From Bacteriovoracaceae bacterium (GTDB taxonomy: Bacteria; Bdellovibrionota; Bacteriovoracia; Bacteriovoracales; Bacteriovoracaceae): a stretch of DNA of 28,317 nucleotides. This document shows positions 1 through 8,009 of the stretch, piece by piece. Under the pieces are notes generated by a model. The model saw nothing but the letters and a program-made list of their open reading frames with translations, had not been told where the DNA came from and did no database searches. The position numbers and the translations under genes are program-made. Where the stretch lies: assembly GCA_049599895.1 (NCBI GenBank), contig JBMYPC010000027.1, positions 1-28,317 of the forward strand, in the 5' to 3' direction. Numbering within the stretch: position 1 is the first letter of the stretch; every line of letters begins with the position of its first letter.

Positions 1-1
1 G

Positions 2-232
2 AGAAAACCTCTTTATTCTGAATCTCACTATTTACCATCTGTTCAAGATTTAGATTTAAAACTCATACTTGGAGCAAGTTTGTTTGGATTTGGATGGGGC
101 CTTTTAGGTGTTTGTCCTGGCCCTGGGATTGTTAATTTAGCGACACTAGACTCAAATGCTGTTCTTTTTGTCATCTCGATGACGACAGGTATGGCAATAT
201 TTAAAGGATTAGAAAAGGCTAAAATACTATGA
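2..232 (+). CDS. YeeE/YedE family sulfur-compound transporter, 3' part (truncated by window)
   Basis: Frame +2 reads RKPLYSESHYLP...LILGASLFGFGWGLLGVCPGPG...KIL*. FGxGWGLxGxCPGP is the YeeE/YedE signature. The stop overlaps the next start (ATGA). Confidence 0.85.
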   Translation, partial: RKPLYSESHYLPSVQDLDLKLILGASLFGFGWGLLGVCPGPGIVNLATLDSNAVLFVISMTTGMAIFKGLEKAKIL

Positions 233-711
233 AATGCTTAGACTTAACAGACATTCAAAGCAACTTCCCAGAGAACACATTCGAGCACTTCATAAGAGTC
301 GGGAATCTTTATATTGCTTCGAAAATTGAATCGAGCGAACAACTTAACTTTATTAAAATGATGGGAATTAATCATGCCATTGATTTGAAATCCCATGACG
401 AAACAAGCTTTAATGACAAAGAAGAGTGCAGAAAAGCAGGAATTAAATATTCAAATTTCCCTGTAAATCGTGTTGAAGAAATAGATTTTGACTATCTCCA
501 AAATTTTAAGGAGACAATCAATCAGGATAGCAAAACCCTTATTTATTGTATATCAGGAAATCGAGTGGGTGCACTTCTCACTCTTTATGCTTCTCTCGTG
601 GACGGGCATCCTAAAAAAAGGGCCATCGAGTTTGGTGAAAAAGTAGGAATGAGAAATGAATTAACAAAAAATGCTATTTATCAAATTTTAAATAAAGAGA
701 ATCTCTCATGA
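229..711 (+). CDS. DUF442/TIGR01244-like phosphatase-fold sulfurtransferase
   Basis: PTP-like fold pattern (AIDLK...E...GIKYSNFPV) with an IYCISGNR CxxGxR loop; follows YeeE/YedE. Confidence 0.7.
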   Translation: MKCLDLTDIQSNFPENTFEHFIRVGNLYIASKIESSEQLNFIKMMGINHAIDLKSHDETSFNDKEECRKAGIKYSNFPVNRVEEIDFDYLQNFKETINQDSKTLIYCISGNRVGALLTLYASLVDGHPKKRAIEFGEKVGMRNELTKNAIYQILNKENLS

Positions 712-1568
712 AAAAGCCTATCATTTACGCATTGGCTCTTTTGGTTAGTGCTATTAATACTTTCGCTTCAGAAAAAGGTAAGACTCTTGTTGCTCAATCT
801 TGTATTAGTTGTCACGCTCAAAATTCAAAAATAGCTCCTAGCTTTGAAACAATATATCAGACTTATTCAAAAAAAGGCGATGTGAAAAAAACAAAAGAGC
901 TTATTATAAATTTCTTGAGAGATCCAAGTGAAAAAAACATCATCTTAAAAGAAGCTGTAAAAAAATATGGTCACATGCCTAAAATTGGCCTTTCAAGGGA
1001 TGAAATCTTTGAGGTCGCAACCTTCCTAGCAAAAGGCAACTTTGAGAACATCAAAATTGAAAATAATATTAAATTTAAAACACCAATTGAGTTTGGAAAA
1101 TATATCAAAGGTCAGATTAAATCAGAACTCGGTAAAAATTTACTGGGAGCAATAAAGAGATCGAAAACAGTAGGTGCTATTGATTTTTGCAATGAACAAG
1201 CTATCCCAATTACTTCAAAAGTCTCCAAGAAGCATAAGGCCACAATTAGAAGAGCTTCCGACAAATCGAGGAATTCTCGTAATAAAGCTTCTACTGAAGA
1301 GTTAAAATATATCAAAGCTTTCAAAAATCAACTTGCCTCTCAATCGCTTCAACCTCTAATTGTAAAAAAAGCAGATACCTACCACTTTTATGCTCCAATC
1401 GTGACAAATAAAATGTGCTTACAGTGTCACGGGAAAGTGGGGTCTGATATTTCAGATGATGTTTATCGCAATATCAAAAAGAAATACCCAAAAGATCAAG
1501 CGACAGGCTATTCTCCCAATCAAGTTCGAGGCCTTTTTCATATTAGCTGGCAAAAAGATAAGGGTTAA
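708..1568 (+). CDS. Secreted di-heme c-type cytochrome with C-terminal DUF3365 (Tll0287-like) domain
   Basis: Signal peptide; CISCH with distal HMP; C-terminal AIDFCN...RRAS...RN...CLQCHG...YPKDQATGY...VRG pattern of DUF3365. Confidence 0.85.
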   Translation: MKKPIIYALALLVSAINTFASEKGKTLVAQSCISCHAQNSKIAPSFETIYQTYSKKGDVKKTKELIINFLRDPSEKNIILKEAVKKYGHMPKIGLSRDEIFEVATFLAKGNFENIKIENNIKFKTPIEFGKYIKGQIKSELGKNLLGAIKRSKTVGAIDFCNEQAIPITSKVSKKHKATIRRASDKSRNSRNKASTEELKYIKAFKNQLASQSLQPLIVKKADTYHFYAPIVTNKMCLQCHGKVGSDISDDVYRNIKKKYPKDQATGYSPNQVRGLFHISWQKDKG

Positions 1569-1639
1569 ATATCAAAGTCAAATATAAAGTGCTTCACTTA
1601 AAACCTCACATTAAAGAATATTGGCATTTCGTGAAATTT

Positions 1640-2740
1640 TCATATTTTAATAAATAACTCCTTTATATTATTCTTCTTATCTTTGTCGTCATCTATAATT
1701 TGCTGTTTCACTTTAGTGAAATCTATTTTCTTTAGATCAATCTTTCTAATCTGCCTGTTCCACATTGTATGATAGTAAAACACTTTGTTTTTAAGATCAG
1801 ATGTAGTTGTTATTTGAGTTGCGCTATGAACTCCAGCTGGTATATGTTTTTTGGGAACTTGACTTCCTATTGGTATATTGAAGTTATCTAGAATTCTAAA
1901 AGATTCAAAAACAGCCTCTTCAGAACTTTTCAATGGCCTTACAGATGCAGTGAAGGCAGCAGCTCTAACAAAGCGCGATGGCGGAGTATAATCTCCCGGT
2001 ATCCCAAGTAAACCTGAACCACCACCTGTTGGGGTAACGGTGAAATTTTCAAACTTTTTCGGCTCTAAAGGCTTCGTAGATAGCCCCAAATAATTTTTTT
2101 GATTTGTTACATGCCAGTCATATGTAGGTGCATTCGTAATAACGCCCAGATAGGGCTCGTAAACCTTGACCTCTCCTTTATTTACAAGCTCAATAATCTT
2201 ACTATTTCCATACTTGTCGGCGATTTTGAAATGGAATGGTAATTCTGCGCCACCAAAGTCTTCATTTTTAACACTGACAACTCTCACTTTATCTAAGTTA
2301 TCAATTACATCATTTACGTTATCAAATGAAGAAAGCATCCATTGCATGTAATCACCGACACTCATAGATTTAGATTTATGTTTCTTATTATAAACTCCAT
2401 ACTCAGCATATTGAGGAAGATAGTAAACACCTACATAGAGCCCATTTTCATTCAAGCCGTCGGGGCCATATGGCTGATCATATGCAGTTACAGAAATGAA
2501 TCCGAATCTGCCTGTCCATGAGTGACCATTGCTTCCTTCTGGTGTTAAGCCTACAAACCTCTTTCCTCTCGGAACAATCATTATTTTATTATGACTAGCG
2601 TCACTGAGTGCCCACTCAACAGTTCGACCAACTACAATTCCTTTATCTTGTGACTTTAATGTTATTCCCGTACACGCCTCAGTTGAGCGAGTTATTGTGA
2701 ATATAAGTAGGGTTAAAAGAGCTATTTTTTCAAATCGCAT
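1640..2740 (-). CDS. Choloylglycine hydrolase / penicillin V acylase family Ntn hydrolase (secreted)
   Basis: Signal peptide ending TEA then catalytic Cys (CTGITL); GRTVEW, DGLNENGL, ITNAP and PGDYTPPSRFVRA motifs. Confidence 0.9.
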   Translation of the reverse strand: MRFEKIALLTLLIFTITRSTEACTGITLKSQDKGIVVGRTVEWALSDASHNKIMIVPRGKRFVGLTPEGSNGHSWTGRFGFISVTAYDQPYGPDGLNENGLYVGVYYLPQYAEYGVYNKKHKSKSMSVGDYMQWMLSSFDNVNDVIDNLDKVRVVSVKNEDFGGAELPFHFKIADKYGNSKIIELVNKGEVKVYEPYLGVITNAPTYDWHVTNQKNYLGLSTKPLEPKKFENFTVTPTGGGSGLLGIPGDYTPPSRFVRAAAFTASVRPLKSSEEAVFESFRILDNFNIPIGSQVPKKHIPAGVHSATQITTTSDLKNKVFYYHTMWNRQIRKIDLKKIDFTKVKQQIIDDDKDKKNNIKELFIKI

Positions 2741-2842
2741 TGAAGCTCCTATTTTTTTATATAATATATATGACCAAGACTGTAGATTTTCGTCATGCGT
2801 TGAAAGAGATCTTACAAAAATTCCATTACTGAATAGCTAAAA

Positions 2843-2867
2843 GACAAAGGTGCCACGCTCCTTTGTC
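2843..2867. repeat. 25-bp REP-like palindrome
   Basis: GACAAAGG-tgccacgct-CCTTTGTC, a perfect 8-bp stem; related copies at 4008 and 4190-4268. Confidence 0.6.
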
Positions 2868-2966
2868 CTTAGGCAACCCTTCATCAACTCTCCATCTATT
2901 TCTTATCCTAATGAATTATTGTTATCGAGATCCCATGAATATTCTTGATTCAGTTAAGGGAAAATT

Positions 2967-3188
2967 ATGAAACTCATCTCAATTCTCATCCTCTCAAGTT
3001 TTTTACCTGTATGGGCCAATAACCTTTCAGAAACTATTGAAAACTCACTTAAAAATTCAAAAGGAACTCTCTTCGTTTTTGCACGAATTGGCCCATCAGG
3101 AGATCCTCTTGATAAATCTGGGGTAGAAGTAAAAACAAAAAACCCAATCAAATTGGGAACAAAAAATATTCGATTAGTTTTTCAATAA
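2967..3188 (+). pseudogene. Short secreted protein resembling the CcmI/CycH C-terminal domain, apparently internally deleted
   Basis: SD AAGGG and signal peptide; GTLFVFAR is joined directly to IGPSGDPL...KLGTKNIRL, motifs I recall as separated by tens of residues in this domain. Confidence 0.45.
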
Positions 3189-3209
3189 GACACTACTTCC
3201 TGTTTTCTT

Positions 3210-3872
3210 CTAAGTAATGCGAAAGGGATGGAAACGGACCTCAAGGTCTCCCCCAGCGAAAGCACTGTGAAACTGAGAAGGCTTAAGTGAAAACACTTCA
3301 AGAAAATTTTCACGCTGTACATCGATATTGAAATCATAGAGTTTCCAAGGCTTATGTATCGCAGTCCCTTGATAAATCTCATCCCCTTTTGTCGTGAAAA
3401 GACGATATCTCTCACATATCCAAGTATGAAAATCACTTTTATCAATTTCGGAACCGATTGTTCCCGAGAGTTCATAATCCTCCGATACATAACTTATAAA
3501 GCTACCTGCAACATTCCCCTTTAAAGAAACCTTCCTATAGGGCAAAGAAAAAAACTTCTTAGCAATCCAAGCAGCAAACCAATGATTTGTATCTAACGTA
3601 AAAAAGTAGATCCCCTTTACTCCATTAACGACAACATAAGTTCGAATATTTAGCTCCCAAAGATTCGTAAATGGCAAATAAGGAACGAAAGGAAATCTAA
3701 CCTTTGACATTCGAAACGGAACGATTGAGAGATAGCCTGATCCATCAAATGTATCTAACTGAAACCCTTCTGGAAGAAGACTTTGAATAATCTCTGGCTC
3801 CGCTTGAAAATTTAAAAACACCAAGTGCTGCCATTTCTGAGAAATCACCCATTTGTCTTTACGTTTACTCAT
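3210..3872 (-). CDS. YqjF / DUF2071 family protein
   Basis: QKWQHLVFLNF, LPEGFQLDTFDG, ELNIRTYV, GIYFFTLD, ERY and IHKPWKL motifs. Confidence 0.9.
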   Translation of the reverse strand: MSKRKDKWVISQKWQHLVFLNFQAEPEIIQSLLPEGFQLDTFDGSGYLSIVPFRMSKVRFPFVPYLPFTNLWELNIRTYVVVNGVKGIYFFTLDTNHWFAAWIAKKFFSLPYRKVSLKGNVAGSFISYVSEDYELSGTIGSEIDKSDFHTWICERYRLFTTKGDEIYQGTAIHKPWKLYDFNIDVQRENFLEVFSLKPSQFHSAFAGGDLEVRFHPFRIT

Positions 3873-4007
3873 ATTTTGAAAAACCTCATTTATCTAAAAA
3901 CAGCAAATACCAAGAATATATTATTTTAATAGAGCAACAACAGATTGGGCAAAGAACAAAGTCTCGACAGTTTCTCAGATCTGAAAGATAAGTCGACTTA
4001 TTAACAA

Positions 4008-4032
4008 GACAAAGGAACATGACAGCACTGTA
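4008..4032. repeat. Degenerate REP-like copy
   Basis: gacaaaggaacatgacagcactgta matches the reverse complement of the 2843 unit at 18/25 positions. Confidence 0.45.
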
Positions 4033-4097
4033 AAAAAATCATTAAACAAAATGATCTATAACTAGAAAAAAACCACTCTTATTCTATATTAGAATAA

Positions 4098-4196
4098 ATG
4101 ATAAGAGATCTTTACCTCCTCGAAATATTTATTGAAGTTGCCAATGAGCTTAGTTTCTCAAACGTTGCTGAGAAGTTGAATATTTCTCCGGATTAG
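4098..4196 (+). pseudogene. LysR-family regulator 5' fragment (HTH start only)
   Basis: MIRDLYLLEIFIEVANELSFSNVAEKLNISPD* matches the LysR N-terminus (LxxFxxVxxxxSFSxxAxxLxIS); the stop lies inside a repeat. Confidence 0.8.
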
Positions 4197-4268
4197 GTGT
4201 CAGGAGACTAATCCCATGTTTCGTTTTGGATAAAGTTCCTGGCACCTTGTCCGCTGACACCTTATCCG
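4189..4268. repeat. Cluster of REP-like palindromes (BIME/REPIN- or MITE-like) with 15-bp terminal inverted repeats
   Basis: cggattaggtgtcag (4189-4203) and ctgacaccttatccg (4254-4268) are inverted at 14/15; internal 25-bp units at 4190-4214 and 4228-4252 are in opposite orientation. Confidence 0.7.
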
Positions 4269-4639
4269 TTGAAATTTACTATGGTCCCTATCTCGTAAAG
4301 CCCGTTAAAAAGAAATTTGATAATGGAGAAAGACCTTACAATATCCATGCATCAAATATTATTTGGAATGATCAAGGTGATTATAAAGTCGTAGATCTTT
4401 GGCAGAATAAGCAAGGGAATGTGAGTGGTCGATTACTGAAGTTCGATAAAACGATTCAAGCTGATCTGAAAGATGCAAGAATCGTCGTAATCAAAGGTAA
4501 ACTTGAAGTTAAAGAACAGATCTTAAAACCTGGCAGTCTCGTTTCATTAAAACAAAGATCAAATATCAAAGTCACATGCGCTTCAAAAGATTGCATTTTC
4601 TATTTAAAAACGGATCAAGATTTCAAACTGAGTTTATAA
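4226..4639 (+). pseudogene. DUF4437-like cupin protein, C-terminal half only
   Basis: EIYYGPYLVKP...FDNGERPYNIHASNIIW resembles the mid-protein motif of DUF4437; the first ~14 codons derive from the repeat. Confidence 0.6.
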
Positions 4640-5755
4640 ATGAGAGTTATCAATCTCTTTCCATGCATTCGAACTGTATTCATTCCATTTTTTTAAATAA
4701 TCCAAGTCTGGGTCATAGCTTTTCATTTGTTTTACGATATTAAAGAATCGTGGCCCTCTAGAATCAGTTCCAAATCCAGATAAATAGAGCCAATTCCCCC
4801 AATTGGAGAACAGGTCGTAATCTTTTAAGTGCATCTGAAAGAACCAAGCACCATATCTCCAATCTAGATCAATGCAGTTTACAAGGTAGCTTGCATAAAT
4901 TTGCCTCGAACGATTAGATAAAAACCCGGTTTCGACTAACTCTTTATTCATGGCCCTTATCAAAGGATTCGTATTCATTTTTTTGAGGTATTCATTTTCA
5001 CTCAAATCATCCAGCTTTAACGTCCCTCCATCAAAGCCTTTTGATCGAAAAAAGACTTCAGAATTTTTGATATAAAGCCAATAAAAATACTCTCGCCACA
5101 AAAGCTCAAATTTAATCCAATATGTGGATTTATTTGCGTGATTTTTCTTCTCATAATCAGAAACCAATTGAATCACGTCCTTACTTCTTATGAGACCAAT
5201 ATTGAGAAGATGAGAAAGGCGTGTGGAAAAATTATTGCCTAGCAGTTGGTTTCGAGTATCAAAGTAATTCAAAGCATGGCCTTGACTTAGGAAACCTTTG
5301 AAATCTACTAGTGCAGTGTTTTCAATAAAATCAAATCTCTTTTTAAAAATACTCTCCGTATGAGACCTGAATTTAGAGAACCCAAATCGACCTTTCAGTT
5401 TGGAAACATGACTCTCATTGAGAAGGTAATTTTCATGATGCTTCAGATCTAAAGAACAGACTTTCTCCAATTTGGAAATAAACTGGTTTTCATAATGACC
5501 TATCGGACAGTCAGCAAGAACCTGCTTATTCTTAACAATTCGTAAAACTTCCTCTTCTTTTGTTAAGACATCATATCCATTTGCATAGTCTGAAATGGCT
5601 TTATTTTTATACTCTTCAAAGGGACTCGTTATCATTTGAAAGGGATTATCTTTGATCGAAAATGGTATCAGACAAAGAACAACCTTCTTTGCCTTCTTTT
5701 TATAAAAAGATTCAATCAGACTAAAAGAATAAAAGATGAGAGCAATGTCATGCAC
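4634..5755 (-). CDS. Cryptochrome-DASH-like photolyase family protein with divergent N-terminus
   Basis: YFDTRNQLLG.NFSTRLS, STYWIKFELLWREYF, GFLSNRSRQ, DYD..SNWGNW.YLSG.GTDSR..RFFNIVKQ..YDP. Confidence 0.85.
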   Translation of the reverse strand: MHDIALIFYSFSLIESFYKKKAKKVVLCLIPFSIKDNPFQMITSPFEEYKNKAISDYANGYDVLTKEEEVLRIVKNKQVLADCPIGHYENQFISKLEKVCSLDLKHHENYLLNESHVSKLKGRFGFSKFRSHTESIFKKRFDFIENTALVDFKGFLSQGHALNYFDTRNQLLGNNFSTRLSHLLNIGLIRSKDVIQLVSDYEKKNHANKSTYWIKFELLWREYFYWLYIKNSEVFFRSKGFDGGTLKLDDLSENEYLKKMNTNPLIRAMNKELVETGFLSNRSRQIYASYLVNCIDLDWRYGAWFFQMHLKDYDLFSNWGNWLYLSGFGTDSRGPRFFNIVKQMKSYDPDLDYLKKWNEYSSNAWKEIDNSHL

Positions 5756-7181
5756 GCCGTTTTCTCCTTGTGTGCTTTTTTAAGATCGACTGAGCATTGT
5801 ACTTATTCTCTTCAGATTTTTTTACTTCCCATAATTTCTTTTGAGCATTTTTATAGGCTTCTTCAAATTTCACAATAGGACGAGGATAATCAGATCCGAG
5901 TTTGAAGTCATAGAGGAGTTGCTCCATTTCAGATAATTTCCACGGCTCATGGATTAACTCCGAAGGTAAACTTGATAACTCTGGAACCCATTTTTTTATA
6001 AAAATTCCATCTTTGTCCTTTTCTTTAGATTGCTTAATAGGGTTGTAGATACGAATGGCATTAATCCCTGTGGTCCCCGCCTGCATTTGAAACTGACTAA
6101 AATGAATCCCCGGCTCATAGTCAACAAACATTCTGGCTAAATGTCCTGATCCTGATTGCCAGGGTTGCCACAAGATATGAGTTAAGAATGAGACAACTGT
6201 TGCCCTTAACCTAAAATTGAGATAGCCGGTCTCAGCGACACTTCTCATCGCAGCATCGATTAATGGATAACCTGTTTTCCCATTCTTCCAAGCTTTAACA
6301 TATGTTTTATTCGTTTTTTGTCTGATTGAGTTAAAAGCTTTACTTAAGTTTTCAAACTCAATTCTCGGTTCCATCTCAAACTTTTGAACGAAGTGGCAAT
6401 GCCATTTCAAACGAGCTAAGTACTGATTCAAAGATTTTCGGTTTTTTACAATAGGCTTAAAAGATTCTCCAACTTGATAAACTTGCCTGATGGTCAGATT
6501 CCCATAAGTAATATGAGACGATAAGCGAGAACAGTAATAACGACTTTTTTCAGGATAAGACAATGAAAACCAATAATCTTCAATCTTCGTTTTATAAAAG
6601 TCTTCTAATATGACATGGGCAACTCTTTCACCTCCCGAATCAATAGACTCAGTTCTCGATGACAAAGATTCTTTGACCTCAGAGGGTAATTGAAATGGAT
6701 GATTTATTAGTTCCTGTGCCTTCTTAATATCTGGAATTGGCAAAGCTTTGCCTTTCGCTGTCTTTATCCATCTTGCATCCCAGCCATCTCGATTTCTCAA
6801 GCCACGTATCACCATATTGGTCTGTGATTCTCGCCACTCAACATTTTGATTTCTGAAGAAGACTTTTAAGTCCTTATCCCTTTCATAAGTTAAGTTATTT
6901 CCAGATTCTTCGTGCGAGAAAATGGTCTTTATATCTAGATTCTCAAAGAGATAGCGAAAAACATCAATCGCCTCCCCATAAAACAAATTAAGATTTAGAC
7001 CTTGTTGTTTCATATCCATAATGGACTGGTAAATGAACCTCCAATGTCTGATATCGAAGTCATAATGATGACTGATTGAAGGCTCAAATATAAAAATGGG
7101 AAAATAAGAATCTCTAGAAGCCAGAGTCAAGGGAAGATGATCCTTTAATCTAAGATCTTTTTTAAACCAACAGATGTTAAT
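5748..7181 (-). CDS. Deoxyribodipyrimidine photolyase / cryptochrome family protein
   Basis: The frame extends upstream of the called TTG to (I)NICWFKKDLRLKDH; CSRLSSHI, LKWHCHFVQK, TGYPLIDA, DYEPGIH.SQFQMQAG, RIYNPIKQ motifs. Probable ATT start after SD AAGGGAG. Confidence 0.9.
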   Translation of the reverse strand: MNICWFKKDLRLKDHLPLTLASRDSYFPIFIFEPSISHHYDFDIRHWRFIYQSIMDMKQQGLNLNLFYGEAIDVFRYLFENLDIKTIFSHEESGNNLTYERDKDLKVFFRNQNVEWRESQTNMVIRGLRNRDGWDARWIKTAKGKALPIPDIKKAQELINHPFQLPSEVKESLSSRTESIDSGGERVAHVILEDFYKTKIEDYWFSLSYPEKSRYYCSRLSSHITYGNLTIRQVYQVGESFKPIVKNRKSLNQYLARLKWHCHFVQKFEMEPRIEFENLSKAFNSIRQKTNKTYVKAWKNGKTGYPLIDAAMRSVAETGYLNFRLRATVVSFLTHILWQPWQSGSGHLARMFVDYEPGIHFSQFQMQAGTTGINAIRIYNPIKQSKEKDKDGIFIKKWVPELSSLPSELIHEPWKLSEMEQLLYDFKLGSDYPRPIVKFEEAYKNAQKKLWEVKKSEENKYNAQSILKKHTRRKRRA

Positions 7182-7287
7182 TGTAATCTCCCTTCTGATA
7201 TCAGAGGGTCAGTTTAACAAAGAACCTGGGTGAAAGACTTTTAACAAAGCGTAGACATTTAAGAAAAATAAAGTCTAGAGAAATGAA

Positions 7288-7653
7288 CTATAATTTCTCA
7301 AATAGAGCAATCCGATTCCCCTCAGAATCCTTAAATTCAGCCAAAAACCCAAGACCAGGAACCTCAGTCTTTGGAAAAAGTTCTTCACCCCCAAGCTCTT
7401 TCGCCTTTGCCATGGTCTGATCAATAGTTTCGGTTGTTAAATAGATCAAGCTCCCCTCAATGGAAGGCCTATAGATTTCTCCCTTAGCAAGAGCCCCTCT
7501 GATTCCCTCACCTTCAGCGTAAGGAAAAAATGCCATCCCACAGTCATGAATAACTTCTTTTGAGAACTCCACTTCAAAAACGTGAGTATAAAATTTGATC
7601 GCTCGGTCCATGTCATTGACCGGAATTTCAAAATAAGTACCTAAGTTTCTCAT
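7288..7653 (-). CDS. VOC (glyoxalase/bleomycin-resistance) family protein
   Basis: YFEIPVNDMDRAIKFY...FKDSEGNRIAL; SD GAGGT. Confidence 0.9.
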   Translation of the reverse strand: MRNLGTYFEIPVNDMDRAIKFYTHVFEVEFSKEVIHDCGMAFFPYAEGEGIRGALAKGEIYRPSIEGSLIYLTTETIDQTMAKAKELGGEELFPKTEVPGLGFLAEFKDSEGNRIALFEKL

Positions 7654-7815
7654 AGCACCTCATCTGTTCTCTTTGTTGAACCAGAGCTCTATCACCATAA
7701 AATAAACGCTTGCAACCCTGCGCTCCGCAACATTCCTTCGGTGCCACTTTGTCGTCTATGCAACTAATCAATTAAATGGTTCTATAACGATGCAACTATT
7801 CATTGAGAGGAAAAT

Positions 7816-7929
7816 ATGAAGTCTTTTATTGCTGTCGTTCTGATGAGTTTTCTATTTAGCATAAGCGCTATAGCCGCAAAGATTGTCAGTGTTTATAAAG
7901 ACGGAAGATATCTCAAGGCCATCGAGTGA
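7816..7929 (+). CDS. Small secreted protein or frameshifted remnant (37 aa)
   Basis: SD GAGAGG; MKSFIAVVLMSFLFSISAIA signal peptide followed by only 17 residues. Confidence 0.4.
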   Translation: MKSFIAVVLMSFLFSISAIAAKIVSVYKDGRYLKAIE

Positions 7930-8009
7930 TGGTTATGAGGTTGTGAATGATTATGGTGGAGAGATTCCTTAAGCGAGGCTTCGCCAACAACAGAAAAACT
8001 TTTAGTTCG

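Noticed and set aside
4189..4268. Possible CRISPR mini-array
   Set aside because: Units are inverted relative to each other, spacers are 13 nt or less, and there are no cas genes.
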